In this document: piece after piece, positions 50,271 through 64,000 of the stretch
Position numbering within the stretch: the first letter of the stretch is position 1
How the letters are laid out: the number at the start of each line of letters is the position of its first letter
Assembly (NCBI RefSeq): GCF_006345805.1
Contig: NC_042997.1
Span: 159,774,001 to 159,838,000, forward strand
DNA: 64,000 nt
Direction of reading: 5' to 3'
DNA from: Octopus sinensis
Taxonomy: Eukaryota
Translations under genes and position numbers: made by a program
Notes under the pieces: generated by a model
Seen by the model: the letters and a program-made list of their open reading frames with translations, nothing else
Database searches by the model: none
Told to the model about the DNA's origin: nothing

Positions 50271-53081
50271 GAAAAAACACCTTTTATCAATTCATAATGA
50301 ACAATTATATTACACCATCTAGAAAATTACATATAATAGAAAAATAATAATAATAACGTATATAATAGGAGGAAATCGTAAATTATGGGCTAGGAAAGAT
50401 ACTAGAAACATTTTTGATATACCTATGGGGACACCAGATTCTGCTCAGGCTACTTATTTAGTAGGCATTTATTTATTATCAGAACTTCAATTAGAAAATT
50501 TAAATGTGGATGGTGGTTTATATAGAGATGACCTTTTATTACTTACCTGGAATTGCACTAATAGAAAATTAGAATTATATAAAAAGGAACTATATAATTT
50601 CTTTAAAAGAAATGGTTTAAGTATTACTATATATAATGAGAACTATAATGTTAATTATTTGGATGTTAACTTTAATTTAATGACGGGTAAAACCCAACCA
50701 TTCCATAAAATTAATGAAATCTTAGATATATTAATGCTTATAGTAATCATCCACCTTTTGTTAAAAAATCTTTGATAAATAATGTAGGTAAAAGAATATC
50801 GTTACTTTCTGGTGATTTAGAAACTTTTAATATACACGCACCTTATTATAATACAGCCCTGAATGAGGCTGGATACAATAATAATATTAAATACTAAAAT
50901 ATTTGTAAACGTAATTATAATTTTTAAAAATAATTATTTTAATGATTTTTATAATGATAAACCTAATTGTCTGTGTTATGATAAATTTTATTTAGGAACT
51001 TATCGCCTTAATAATAAGAAGAATTTTGATGATGGAAATCTTAAATTTATATTAGAATAAAAAATAAAAAGTATACTAATAATAATAAAAATAAAAATAT
51101 AAATAAAAATAAAATCAAGTTTAATTCAGTTAATGAAGATAATAAATTTAATAATATGGTAAATAATTATAGTAATAATGATGATAGCTATAATAATAAT
51201 TATAATGATAGTAATAATAACAATAATAATTTTCAAAATAATATATATGTATTTTATTTGATTACTTATTATTTAAACTTTAAATTTATCGTAAAATATT
51301 TTTCAATTAAATGATATTTTATTTTATGTACTTATATATTACATTTAACTTATCTTTAGTATTATTAAACTTTATCTTGTCCTATGTGGCTTATTTATTT
51401 TATTGTAGATATTATTTAATAGCATTAGATTATTTTTTACTGTTTTATTATAAGTCATATTAATATTTTAATAATAATGATGAATAATATTTGTTGATGG
51501 TGAATTTGAAATGCGTTTTGGTCTTCATCTGTTGGAGTCTATAGGAAGGGTTGAATGGTATGGGGATAGTCGGCTGTGAATTAATTTGACGTTAGTTGGC
51601 AGTTTGTTGTAGATTGGATTTTGGTAGTGATGTGAATAATTAATAATTATATTAATAATATTAATAATTATGTTTGATCATTATAATATCAATGATAATA
51701 ATACTTATAATCGCGTATGGCTTGTTGTAGGATCCGGGTAGTGATGATGGACAAGTAATACTTAATATACTATTTTTACTATTACTATTTTATTTGATAC
51801 ATGAAGTTTAGATAATTCCCGTATTTCCTTAATAAATTTCTTTTAGCCTTTTTCATTAATAATTTTTTCTATTTTTCCATGCAACGTCTTCACGAGTTTT
51901 ATTTCTTATAGACGCTAAGTATTATTCTTTACGTTTATAATCTAGTGATTTTCTCATATACCTTAGCAACGTTATTTTCTCCTTTTCGTTTGGAATTGGA
52001 TTTTTGGGGGGGTTTAATGTTTACCTGGGATTAATTTTGTTATTGATATATTAATAGGTGTCTGTTATTTTTATTTTGTCTTCATATTAGTTTCTCCATA
52101 AGTTGTGTTTTGCGCAATTTTTTTACTTCATGAGGCTTGAAGGTTTTTCGTCTTTTCGTATTTTTCTTTGATAAAAATTTTGCCCCGTTCATTGAGTATT
52201 TATTCTATTTCTTTGCACTATGTATCCACGCGATAAATTTATAAACGCTTTAACTATTTCTTTTAAAAATCAGTTACTCTTCATTCTTCGCTAAGCTAAG
52301 TCTCAGTTTTTATCATTTCTCTATTTCTTTTGAATATTGAGCCGTTGTGTGTTTGAAAATATTATTAGTGTTGATATTATTATTGTTTGTTGTAATATTA
52401 TTATTTATTTATAGTTTCTTGATAGTAATTTTTACGTCCGGTGTTTAATTGTTATAAAAGATATTACGTTTTACTTTGAGAATTAATATTAATAGGCTAT
52501 ATTTCTTTTACTAATTAGATAATATTTTCATTAAATAGTATTATTTTTTAATAAACTAGTTTTTATTTTAATATAAAGTTTATGTATAACTTTTGTATCG
52601 TGTGATATATTAAATCTATAGATATTATACTGGGATATTAATATAACGTGTTTATATAATTGATTTGAGTATATTTGTACCATTTCAAATTTTCGATTGT
52701 ATTTTTCATGAATGGAATCTATTGAGTATATTAATTAGACGCTTATAATATTGATAAATTTAAAATCTAGATAGATTAACAGAATTGTTGAACTTAGTAA
52801 TTTAGTTTGCTTATCAATATTAGTTAGTTCTTGCTATTATTTTGACTTTGATCGTTGTTATTATTGTTATTGTTATTGACTGGTTTGGTAGAGGACTGGT
52901 GATTGGGATTGAACATCTTCATAGTGTATTGTTCTTTGGTTCTAATATTTCTGCACCTTTCTTTAATTTGGGGTTGATAGGTTTTCTTACTTTCCATTAA
53001 GATATTATTCTCGCCATTATATTTTTTATGCATTTTTATATATATTGATAGATATTAATTATTATCTCTCTCTCTTTTCTT

Positions 53082-53174
<93 letters not shown>

Positions 53175-53445
53175 GGTGGCTTATGTATTTGTAATACTAT
53201 TTGGTATTATATTATTTGATATTTAGTCAACTTTATTATAGTTTGTTATATTAAATCTATACATACTACACATGTATATTTATTATATAGTTAGCTTATT
53301 TAAGGAGTTTGTCTATATTTGAAACATTTCTTATTTTGATTACAATTTAATGACTTGTACTAGCTTTGTGTATTTTATTTAATTTTAAAGTATTTAATTA
53401 TTTAAGTATTATTTTATTTTTCACTTATGTATATTTAGGATTTTC

Positions 53446-53484
<39 letters not shown>

Positions 53485-53783
53485 TATATTTATTAATTAA
53501 TTCTTTTATTGTTCTATTTTATTTTTAACCTGATGAGCGACTATATTTATATCGAAGTGATTTCCCTTCTACTATAATCATTTCATAAATATAGCCGCGA
53601 AACACGTGTCGTTTTTCTACCTATTATATACGTTTTTATTATTATTTTTGCAATTTACTTAATCTTTACATTTTATTGTTATTTTAATTTTAAATTTTCT
53701 ATTATATGTAATTTTCTAGATGGTGTAATTTAATTGTTCATTTTGAATTGTTAAAAGGTGTTTTTTCTAATTTATATATATAT
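50264..53783. mobile_element. Copy B of the degenerate Penelope-like element
   Basis: Nearly identical to 17050-20570. Confidence 0.75.
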
Positions 53784-54401
53784 ATTATATTGTGTGAAAT
53801 TCGATTTAGTATTTCTGAATTGAATTTTTTTCCTTGTAAGTTTGGATTTTATTCCCTCAAATAATAATCTTATATTAATATATATATATATATGTATATA
53901 CAAATGTACTCATGATATATCTAATATAAACTATAACAATTCATTGTCACTAAAAATTTAAATCTCTTGTCATTTTGAAAATATAATTCTATATTTCTTT
54001 TAATGTTTCTCTGATTTCTACACTCTACTTTTTTGGGAAAATATCGAATCACTCAATTGATTTTATTTATATTGTCATTTATTGTCATTGAGTTACAAAA
54101 GAAAATGACTTTGCCAGTTAAAAAATACTTAAGTAATGATTTATTTTAGATTTTGTTCTGATTGAAACTAAGAAAATATTTTGTTATACGTTTTGTTGTT
54201 ATAAATAGAAAGAGAATTTATCGAATGTAATTTCTTTTGAATCAATCTTTTCGTATTATGGAACATATTTTTGAATACACACTCTTTAATATTAATATCG
54301 ACAATAGTATCAGGTCGAGTTAGAGTATTGAGTTACCTTTTACAGATACATTACAGACAATGATTATAATCTCAACGAAATAATCGACGTTTGAATTTTG
54401 T

Positions 54402-54690
54402 GGAGGCACATGGCCCAGTGGTTAGAGCAGCGGACTTGCGGTCGAGAGATCGCACGTTCGAATCTCAGGCCGGGCAATGTGTGTGTTTATGAGCGAAATT
54501 CCCAAGCTCCACGTGCCTCCGGCAGAAAGTAATAGCCGACTTCTGCTGACTCTTTCGCCATAACTTTCTCTCACTCTTTCCACTTGCAGCTCACCCACGA
54601 CGTACCGGCGTACCGTCCACGCAGGTAGCCTATACGCCAAGGAAACTGGGAAACCGGCCCTATGAGCCTGGCGTGGCTCGACAACAACCA
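54402..54690 (+). mobile_element. Copy B of the tRNA-derived SINE
   Basis: Identical by eye; TSD at 54391-54400 and 54691-54700. Confidence 0.85.
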
Positions 54691-55335
54691 TTGAATTTTG
54701 ATTTTGGTTTTAATCAACACGATATCAATGCTTATAAGAGAATGCTAGAGTCGATTAAATTGATCAGCGAATTCATAGCAGATATTCTTTTAAATTTCAA
54801 TAACATGAAAGGTTAAGTCTGTTTAGTTTTGAATTCATATGCAAACAGAAGAAATAGATAATTTACTTGTTATATTAGCCAGCATCAGCAAATGATTAGC
54901 TGTTCATTTCATTTTATATATGAAAAACATTAAAACCTGGTGTACGTTGAAATATTTCGTTACCGTTCCCGAAATTTTCGTCCCGGCATGATCGGGGAAG
55001 AGATTTCAGTAACTATTTTACTGACGTATATAACAAATCAACTTAAATTAATATATACGCTAGTTTATGTGGTTCATTTTGCCACAATTCAAAATATTTC
55101 GCTATTTTTCACGTAGCCTAAAAACACTGCGCACACAAGCGGATAACATGTGGATTTTAAGTGTGCAGCGACATAGTGAGTAAATGTATGTACACTGAGT
55201 GATCGTTCATCTTACAAGAGACGGTAGTCAACTGTTTCTCGAAATGTAGTATACAGTCAAGTATACGCCATGCAAACACAGATAAGACAGGATGTCATAA
55301 GTGATTCGGGCTAAATATCAACAACCACAACAGCA

Positions 55336-55376
<41 letters not shown>

Positions 55377-55468
55377 AAAACAATATAATGCTCAAACATG
55401 CACCGAATCATAACAAATCTGTGCAAGACTATTATTAATCAATATTTTTATTTTCTGTTTGTTTTCAG

Positions 55469-55707
55469 CTACGACGGAATATCACGAATTTCATATGGGA
55501 TTATGCAAAGATCTTAGCAAGAAAGTCTTTGTATGGCAGGATGGAGAAGCACTTACATATTCTCATTGGGGACCTACAGAACCCTCGAATCATGGTGGGA
55601 TTGAAGACTGCGGTAGCTTTAATCCCTACATCAATTATAGATGGAATGATATTGGTTGCCACGTCCTGAACAGTGGGACACAAATATGCGAGATAGTTGT
55701 TCGATAA
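55469..55707 (+). CDS. Exon 3 (copy B) of the PAN + C-type lectin gene
   Basis: Identical by eye to 22258-22496 (offset 33211). Confidence 0.9.
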
Positions 55708-55794
55708 ATGTGAGGTAAAACGAAACGTAATTCACACAAATGCAAGCACACACACACAAAGATACACACATACATACTCATACATCCACCCACA

Positions 55795-55839
<45 letters not shown>

Positions 55840-55843
55840 TAAA

Positions 55844-56010
55844 GGGCATTACTATACATAAATGCCTCACGCTAGGAGGGACTCTTAAAGTCAAAGCTAC
55901 CGTAATAAACACATTGTACCGAACGCCGCGTTCGGTACAATGCGTTTATTATGGTAGCTTTGACCTTAAGACTCCCTCCTAGCGTGAGGCATTTATGTAT
56001 AGTAATGCCC
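55844..56010. mobile_element. Copy B of the palindromic MITE
   Basis: Identical by eye to 22633-22799. Confidence 0.8.
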
Positions 56011-56939
56011 TTAATATAAATAAATATATCTAAAGGGAATAATTAATAATTTCTTCCCTTATGAGGTTTTTCACGCTAACTACATGATAAATTCTTATAA
56101 AGATTTCATACTATTGTAAAATTGTATATATATATATATACATACACACATATACACTCATGCGCGCGCGCACACACACAAATATAATGTTAACTTTGGT
56201 TGTGATTGGTCGGGAATTTATAATTGATTTCACGTCTTTTGTTGCTATTAGTAATAAACCAGACGGGGGCACATAACCTACATACTAATGGAGATAGAAG
56301 TTTGAAAACAAATCTTAAACGAAATTCATCGTGGAGAAAACCCTTCTTGTTGAAGTGGAGTTATTTCTCATTGACCAGTTCTAGTCGTGTCCGAACATGT
56401 CCGTTTATGTACGATTTCCGTTCACTAGTCAGCAGGCAGGGCATTCGAATTTTTCTCATAAAGGCACCAATTAAGCATCTTACTTTTAAAATTTGTGAAC
56501 CTATGACGTTCCAAAATTCAAAATGTGTTTTTATTCGGTCCCTTCATGTGAAATAAATTGTGTTGAGAGCACGGAATTCTCCACTTGATGACTACTGAAC
56601 GAAAATCGTATATAAACTGACCCAATTTATACACAAGCGGAAGTGGTCAAAGGGGAATAAATCCGTAGGACCTAGAAGAGATTTTGCTTCGAAGAATATC
56701 GTTTCAGACATTTTGTCACAATCCGGGCCGACTCACAGTGTATTTTTAGTTCCATTACTAAAATGGTTCTCTGCTTCAAACTAGGAAATCTGATGTTTCA
56801 CCAATAATGTTAAAAACAGCAATACACGTGAAACCAATGGTAACTTTCCCACCAGTCATAACCAACGACTACACTAAATATAATTCCTCAAATCTCTTTC
56901 AGAGTGTGCCTATTAGCAATAATGAACAAGTCACCCATT

Positions 56940-56991
<52 letters not shown>

Positions 56992-57145
56992 TTAGAGACA
57001 AAACCACTATTTTGCAAAACAAACAAGTAAAGACTTAATCAATACATAAAATTTTAATAAAAAGTTAAAAAAACCGCCACTACAATTGTTTCTTGTCCTG
57101 ATCGACAATCTTCAGGTGGATTTCCAATAAGTCAGTTTCAAATTA

Positions 57146-57238
<93 letters not shown>

Positions 57239-58799
57239 TATATACATATATGTATGTATGTATATATGTATATATGTATATATATATATGTATGTATATA
57301 TGTATATAACATGAAGTATGTTATAGAAAATATGGGCTATTTACGGAGTACTCGTAGAGAGCCAATGCGAAATAATACAAAGTAGAGGACAATGAAAACG
57401 CAAATCCTAGGCAGTCAACCAAATTCCCGAACGCATAAATGATGATATTCAATCAACGTAATTGAATCATATATATTTATACACGTCAACATAAATCATG
57501 CATGTATAACCGTAAAGATTTTCCAGGGGTATATAGAATAAAACCAAACATAAAAATATAGGAGAGATATAAATGCATATAAAAATATATAAAGGTTAAT
57601 ATAAAATCACATATAAATGAAGATTACATGTAGAAAGTTATGCGTAATAAAAATAGGGGGCACAATGTAGATGAGAGATTGATAACTATAGGAATAAAGA
57701 TGTCAATTTTCAAAGTGACAGACCGCCTAAAGCGTCTAAAATTTCTTATACATCTAAAATACGAGATAAATGTGACACAAGATATCAAGGTTAACAACAG
57801 TAAATAAAAATTATCCGAAGAATAGGAGGGTGTTCATGCATGAATTATGTGGATGCGTATAAATATACATGATTTGATTACATTACCTTCTTCTTTTAGT
57901 GTCATATTTATATTTATTTTTATTGAATAAGTTCTCATTAGAAGAGAAGAAATTCTATTTCTAATGCTTTTTATAAGATCCTCTTTATAGATTATGAATG
58001 ATTACTTTCATAGTTTAAAGATTTTATGTTAGAGTTAGGTTTCATGTAAGGTTCATGTAATCCTGTATTTATACCACAGTTATCGTCTAGGTGGTTGATA
58101 GAATACTTCTCATTCTCTGTAGTGATAGAAAGGCCGGATAGTTTTTAAGCAGTTCTAAATGAGTCCCCCACCAAATTCTTGGAATTCTTTATTAATGTTG
58201 TCTGATATATTCTCACAAGTTCGGTCACTTCCACTGAGTCTGAGGATCCCATTGTTATATCAAAGAAATTTGGTGTGTCCTTTCTTGCCCAAAATTTGTT
58301 ACCAAATTCAATAGTAGATTTTCGGGCCGTGAGGATTACATTGATTTCTTTCATACTGATCTTAGTATAGTTCTTAGCAAAAATGAGAGCACTATTTAAA
58401 CTATTAGGGTTTATGGAGGAGTAGTAATTTTGAATGTCAATTGGCAGAAGTTTATGTTGATCCTTATAATTTATATTAGAGAAACAAATTGTTGCATTTT
58501 GGGTATTAGTCCATAACTCAAGTTTAATCTTTTTCTAAGGGAAAGTATGTACTTATCCAAAATAGCTTTACAAAGCTTTCCTAAGTCTGATTTATTGGAG
58601 CAAATGACTATAACTTGAGTGTTACTTAAGTAGTTATACTTATGGTCCTTAATTGTATCTTAGTCATTGCCTGTAACCTGTGAGCATAATATGCTTGCAT
58701 ATGTATACTCAGGATTAATATAAGTAATTATACCGGTAGTAAAACGGATATTTCTATCCCTTAGACGGTTAATCCAATCTCAAACTCTACTAACTATAC

Positions 58800-58868
<69 letters not shown>

Positions 58869-60543
58869 AGTTATGTGGGTTTAGGTCACATACATTATTA
58901 TTATTATTGAAAAAATGCAAAGTCTTACAGCTGTTTCTAGGATATCCCAGAGTGTGGAATATTCCGTAATCAGAGAAAAATAGGGAAAGTGAGGAGGGTA
59001 CAGATTAATGAAATGACAATATAGATGGCAATAGTAAAGGAATAAGGAGATGAAGAGAGAAAAGAAGAAAGAAACAAAAAAGTTCACAGCTCAATTTTCC
59101 GATCTTGTAGAAACAAGTGCATAAGTCTTTCGGTGCAATTCTACGTAGATCTAAGTTGGTTAAAGTCCTGATATTGTAAACATCCAGAAAAGGCGCGAAC
59201 ATATCAACGTTCAATAACAGAATGTTAGCGTTATTAAGTGGTAATTAAATACACAAGTAAATGAATAGAAAGAGAGGTAGATAGAGTGAGGGAGAGTTAA
59301 GGATTGGCTTTAGGATGAAGTAAGGCATATAAGTATATAGTGTCTATGAATATAGTGTGCAAGGATACCCGAGAAGATTAGAGAGAGGATGAGGAGATAG
59401 AGGAAGATAACGTAAAAAATTTAACAAAATAGAGCAATGAAAGAAATTTTAAAAGAGTAGTAGTTGTCAGTGGTGTTCTTCTAGTCTATAGGAGTTGGAG
59501 AGAAAATCTAGTAGTAAATTCTTGTGTCTGTTCTGGCTAAAATCAGTGGCTTTAGAGTTATTTTTAACAATAGGGTTATAGGTGTGTAGGCGGTCGAGAA
59601 TGAAGGAACTAATTGAATGTTAAATTATTTACGAAATTGGAGTTAGAAGGAAATATTAGGGGATTTATTAGTTTATGGTTTGAAAGTAAATTAAAGTTGA
59701 ATTAAAGAATATTGATCTCATAAAGTGATAAGGTAAGGTAGATAGAAGAGATATAAGAGATGAGGTAGATAGAAGAGATATAGGAGAGATAGAAGAGATA
59801 TAGAGAGGTATGTGTTAATGATCACCGGAGTTTGTATGTGGGTGTCATTCGTGGGAGGTGAACTTACATTTAGATTTATGAAAGACTTTAAAAGCGTGGA
59901 AGAATTTATGCTTACACCTAGCGAAGTCTTCGTTGTGTTTATTAAGCAATTGTGGTGAGTTACAGGTTAACATGTTGAGGGTTTCTTTTAAGCACACTCC
60001 ACAAATGGAGTGTTGGTCCTGATACGGGATATCCGAGTCTATTATTGCTCAGGAAAGTTTATATTGTATTTTTCTATTAATTAGATGGTGTACGTAGCTG
60101 GCTAGTTACATGGATTTGTTATTCCCTTTATATCTAAACGAGTTTAAATGTGGATGATATCTTTGTTTAAAAAATGTAGTAGATCCACTGCAGTAGCTAA
60201 AGAAGTTATTTTCTATGTTGCGAACGGTGCATTAGTATACGACGTTGAATCTTCTGCATTGGGCTTGCAGCGGGCAGTCTCGCCCGGATCAGCAATTGCA
60301 GCTGTCAATTCTACGATAGTTAATTGGGGATAGAGATGAAGTAGTGCTGGTAGTAGCTAGCGTAGTATTAGTTGAATTGATCGTAATATTGCTGTTATTA
60401 TTGCTGTCATTTCTACTATTAATATCAACACAAGCGTTACTATTATTATTATTATTGTCTCTACCGTTATCGGCATCGTTGTTATAAATATTGTCATTAC
60501 CATTAGTAGTAGTAGTTGTAGTAGTAGTAGTAGTAGTAGTAGT

Positions 60544-60577
<34 letters not shown>

Positions 60578-61314
60578 TGTTGTTGTGGTGGTGGTGGTGG
60601 TGGCAGCAATAGCAGCAGCAGGTGCGGTAGTAGTATCATTGGTAGTAATGTTAGTATTAGCAGTGGTAGAGGAGGTGGTATTAGTTATGTTATTATTGCA
60701 ACTATTTGTGGTTGGAGTGCTAGTAGTATTATTATTTACAGTAATGGTAATGTTGTCGTTGGTGCTAGTATTAATATTATTGCTAGTCCTATTAGTAGTT
60801 GAAGTATATGTATTATTAGTTGTAGTGGTTATAATATAGTTAGTATTGTTAGTATCAGCGTGCCTGTTAATGTTTTCCTCAGTTTCAGCTGTGCGCCCAT
60901 TACTCTCCGAGGAGGGGACTATATTGTGTATGCTTAAGTTGTTTAAAGTAGTCGAGCCAGGGGCATTAGATATGTTATTGCGATAGCGTTTTCATTGTGT
61001 AGGTCTATGGTATGCATTTAGATTGTAACAGCTAGGTTTACGTTTGTTAGATGAGGTGATAATTGATTCTATATTTGGTGTAGATAAATAATTTCAAAGT
61101 GGATCTGTTAAAGATAGAATAGTACTTATGGTTACGTGGGCAATTAGATTCTACTATTTTAAAGAATGCTTTAGCGGGGCCCTTAACATTTCAAGCCAAT
61201 GGAGACTAGATCCCCCGCCGCTTTTATTAGGCACGTGTGAGGAGGTGTAATTCCTAGTAAATGTTAGAGGAGAGTTGGAAAGTCTAGTATTAGTATTTAT
61301 ACAAAACTATTTGA

Positions 61315-63005
61315 TTAAATATTCTACTTTATTTCTTTTTTCTTTCATCTTTCTTTCTGTTTTTATTCTATTTTTTCGTCTTTTTCTTTTCCCTTGTTAT
61401 AAAATTAAACTTAAAGACGAATGATGTCATTCCATCAACGCGTGGGGGCTGGTTGCTTTCCTTCATACATTAAATTTTAATTTCTATAATTTTGAATTTT
61501 GAACTCGACAAAGACAGGCTAAATTTCATTCAACCAATAAACTATCTATTACAATCCAATCGGGCTCTTCGTCTTAACTGTTTACCTTTGTGAAGAGTTA
61601 CATAAATTCTTTTAATATATCAAAATCGATTAGATTGAGATGACCGATTTTATGGTACACAGAATAACAATAGGAACACATAGAAATTCTGGAAGTTACC
61701 AAAGCAGCCGGATGTCTAAAGAAAATCTTAATGTAAATTATAGTTTTTGTGTTTTATTCCTTCTTACAGGTAGCTTGTCAGCCCTGTTACTTTCACTAGA
61801 CCCCAGTGTTGAGCCCAATCCTGGGCCAATGGATTTTGTACCATTTAAATACGAATCAGAAATAGAGAAATTGTGTGCATCAATGTGTGCATCAAAGACT
61901 AGCGATTCATTGCTTCGAAAGCTTAAATTAATTGGTGAGAGCAATTCATTTAACATAATGGAAGCAATTATTGAAAACTATCGTTCAAAATTAATATTGC
62001 TGGGTGTAGACAATAAAGCTAATAACGGATAAGGGAGGCGTTATCGAAATTATGGACAGAAGTGAGTATATTTCGCTTAAGAAGAATTTTTAAATGACAA
62101 AACTTCATATGAAAAATTAACTGTCGATCCAAACCCCAATTACAGAGAGGAACTTGACAAAATAATTCTGGAAATGGAAGAAAACAATTTCATTAATAAG
62201 GTCAAATCAAGGATTTTACAGTCAGAAAGAAGAACACCTGTATTTTATGGTCTCCCTACAGTACACAAAAAATTCGAAAGAATTCCTTTCATGCGCCCAA
62301 TTTGCAGCGGATATGAATGATAACAGAAATGTTGATTTATACAGAAGGTGGAACACGTAAAGATTTCCATTTGGTGTACGCGGCAGAATGCACGAAACAC
62401 AACTTGATTTATGTTGGTTGTACAACAGAACAATTAAACAAAAGATTTAATGGGCACAGATATGACGTCAGACACAAAACCAATTGTTCAACAGAACTTG
62501 CTGAACATTTTGCTTCAAACGGCTGCAATTTTGAAAAAGACTTGAAAGTACATATTCTCAGAAAATATTCTGAATCTGCTTCATTTTCTCTTCTCAAAAT
62601 GCATGGGGAGAAATATGTTTGCGGATTATTAACATCAGGCCTAGGAGGAATGAACAAAGTGACAAGAGAATATCATCAAATTTATTCAAAACTGTTTGAT
62701 TAAATATTTTATTCTTTCCTCATTTTTTTCAGTTCTTTTCTGTTTTTTTCTTTTCGCTTGTTATAAAATTGAAACTTAAAGACTGATGAGGTCATTTCAT
62801 CAACATGTGTACGCTGGTTGCTCTAGTTCATACATTAAATTTAAATTTTTATAATTTTGAATTTTTATCACTTCTTATTTTGAACTCGACAAATACAGGT
62901 TTACTGTCGAAATATCGTTCAACCAATAAACTATCTATTACAATCGAATCGCGCTTTTCGTCTTGACTGTTTACCTTTGTGAAGAGTTACGTCAATCCTT
63001 TTAAA
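61315..63005 (+). mobile_element. Copy B of the internally deleted Penelope-like element
   Basis: Roughly 95-99% similar to 28140-29830; keeps LIYVGCTT and VEPNPGP (61808-61828). Confidence 0.85.
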
Positions 63006-64000
63006 GGATTATTATTATTATCATTTTTATTATAATTATTGAAATACAAATAAAAGTAATAATTTTAACGCATGCGCGCGCACACATATACATACGCACA
63101 TAATAAACATGTCTATACTGAGTATTCCAGACGCATCTTAATATTATCCTTGTATTGTCCTTTGTACACCTTGATGATCCTTCATACAAGGTACTTAAAA
63201 AGCGAAATTATATATTTATAAATGTTTTGTAATTTTAATTTTGCTTCTGAAATGAAACAACTGTAAGTGAATATGTTAATTAATCAATAAATTTATTTGT
63301 ATCCAGTAGATCTCTCAGTTTTCTAACTCGATAAAAATATTTGATATATATATATATGGTGGATTCTCCTATCGAAGACGATGAATGAGGGTTCAGCAAA
63401 TAACCTTCAACAATTCCTAACGCTTGCGACACCGCATGCGTACCTTCAATCCACCAGATGTCTTGCAAACTTTCTCACAAATGGTACACTTGCACGTATT
63501 CATTGGATCAAAATGTCTTTTTGAGTGGACAGCTAACCCAGCTTTGCTTCGTGCTTTGAACCCACAGTGACACACACAGTCATTGTTTGGTGGATTTTGC
63601 TGATATATACTTACCCTTCACCCAACGATAGGTGGTGTATATACGCTTGTTGTCAACCTTTACGCTTTTGCCCGCGGTTGTAGATTTCATTACTAATTCA
63701 GTTCTCAACCAAATTGAATGCAGTTTGTTTTAGCAATGATGGTCCAGTACTAAAATACGTTTGGATATAAAATAATTGAAATTTGGTTCATTAAAAGAAA
63801 TAGTTAGATCATAATATGTGAGGGCAGAAACTGGTGTAAAGCGAAAAGTTAACTTTGAATTAAAATATTTCAATTATTTTTAAAAGTAAATTGGCTTTCA
63901 AAGAATGTGCTCAATAAGAAGTATCTTTTGCTGAAAACTTCGTTTAAAAATTATTCATTTAAAAATAATTAGCTGTGAAAAATGTAGTGCGACATTAAGT

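Larger units (their letters stand above)
40362..64000 (+). repeat. Segmental/tandem duplication, copy B (open at both ends)
   Basis: Collinear with 1-30871: exons, SINEs, PLEs and microsatellites occur in the same order. Confidence 0.95.

Overview
AT-rich, microsatellite-dense animal genomic DNA. The SINE types, Dong/R4 LINEs, Penelope elements and microsatellite load point to octopus (coleoid cephalopod); this is an inference. The window holds two copies of a large tandem or segmental duplication: copy A is 1-30871, copy B is 40362-64000, and both run off the window edges. Each copy carries one 3-exon host gene that the ORF track sees only in pieces. Joined at phase-1 GT-AG junctions, it encodes a 255-aa protein: putative signal peptide + PAN/Apple-like domain + C-type lectin domain (EPS/WND). 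Most of the rest is transposon-derived. Intron 1 is a nest of Dong/R4-clade RT+RLE LINEs inserted in (TAA)n arrays, with mostly different content in the two copies, plus seven copies or pieces of an unassigned ~600-bp non-coding element that also sits in (TAA)n. There are several Penelope-like elements with type I hammerhead motifs, one carrying a 2A-like VEPNPGP peptide. The window also has tRNA-derived SINEs, a deleted mariner, a CR1-like LINE, an RTE 3' end and several MITEs, including an 82-bp-arm hairpin just 3' of the lectin stop codon. Most long ORFs in the track are microsatellite translation artefacts. All alignments and identity figures were made by eye and are approximate.
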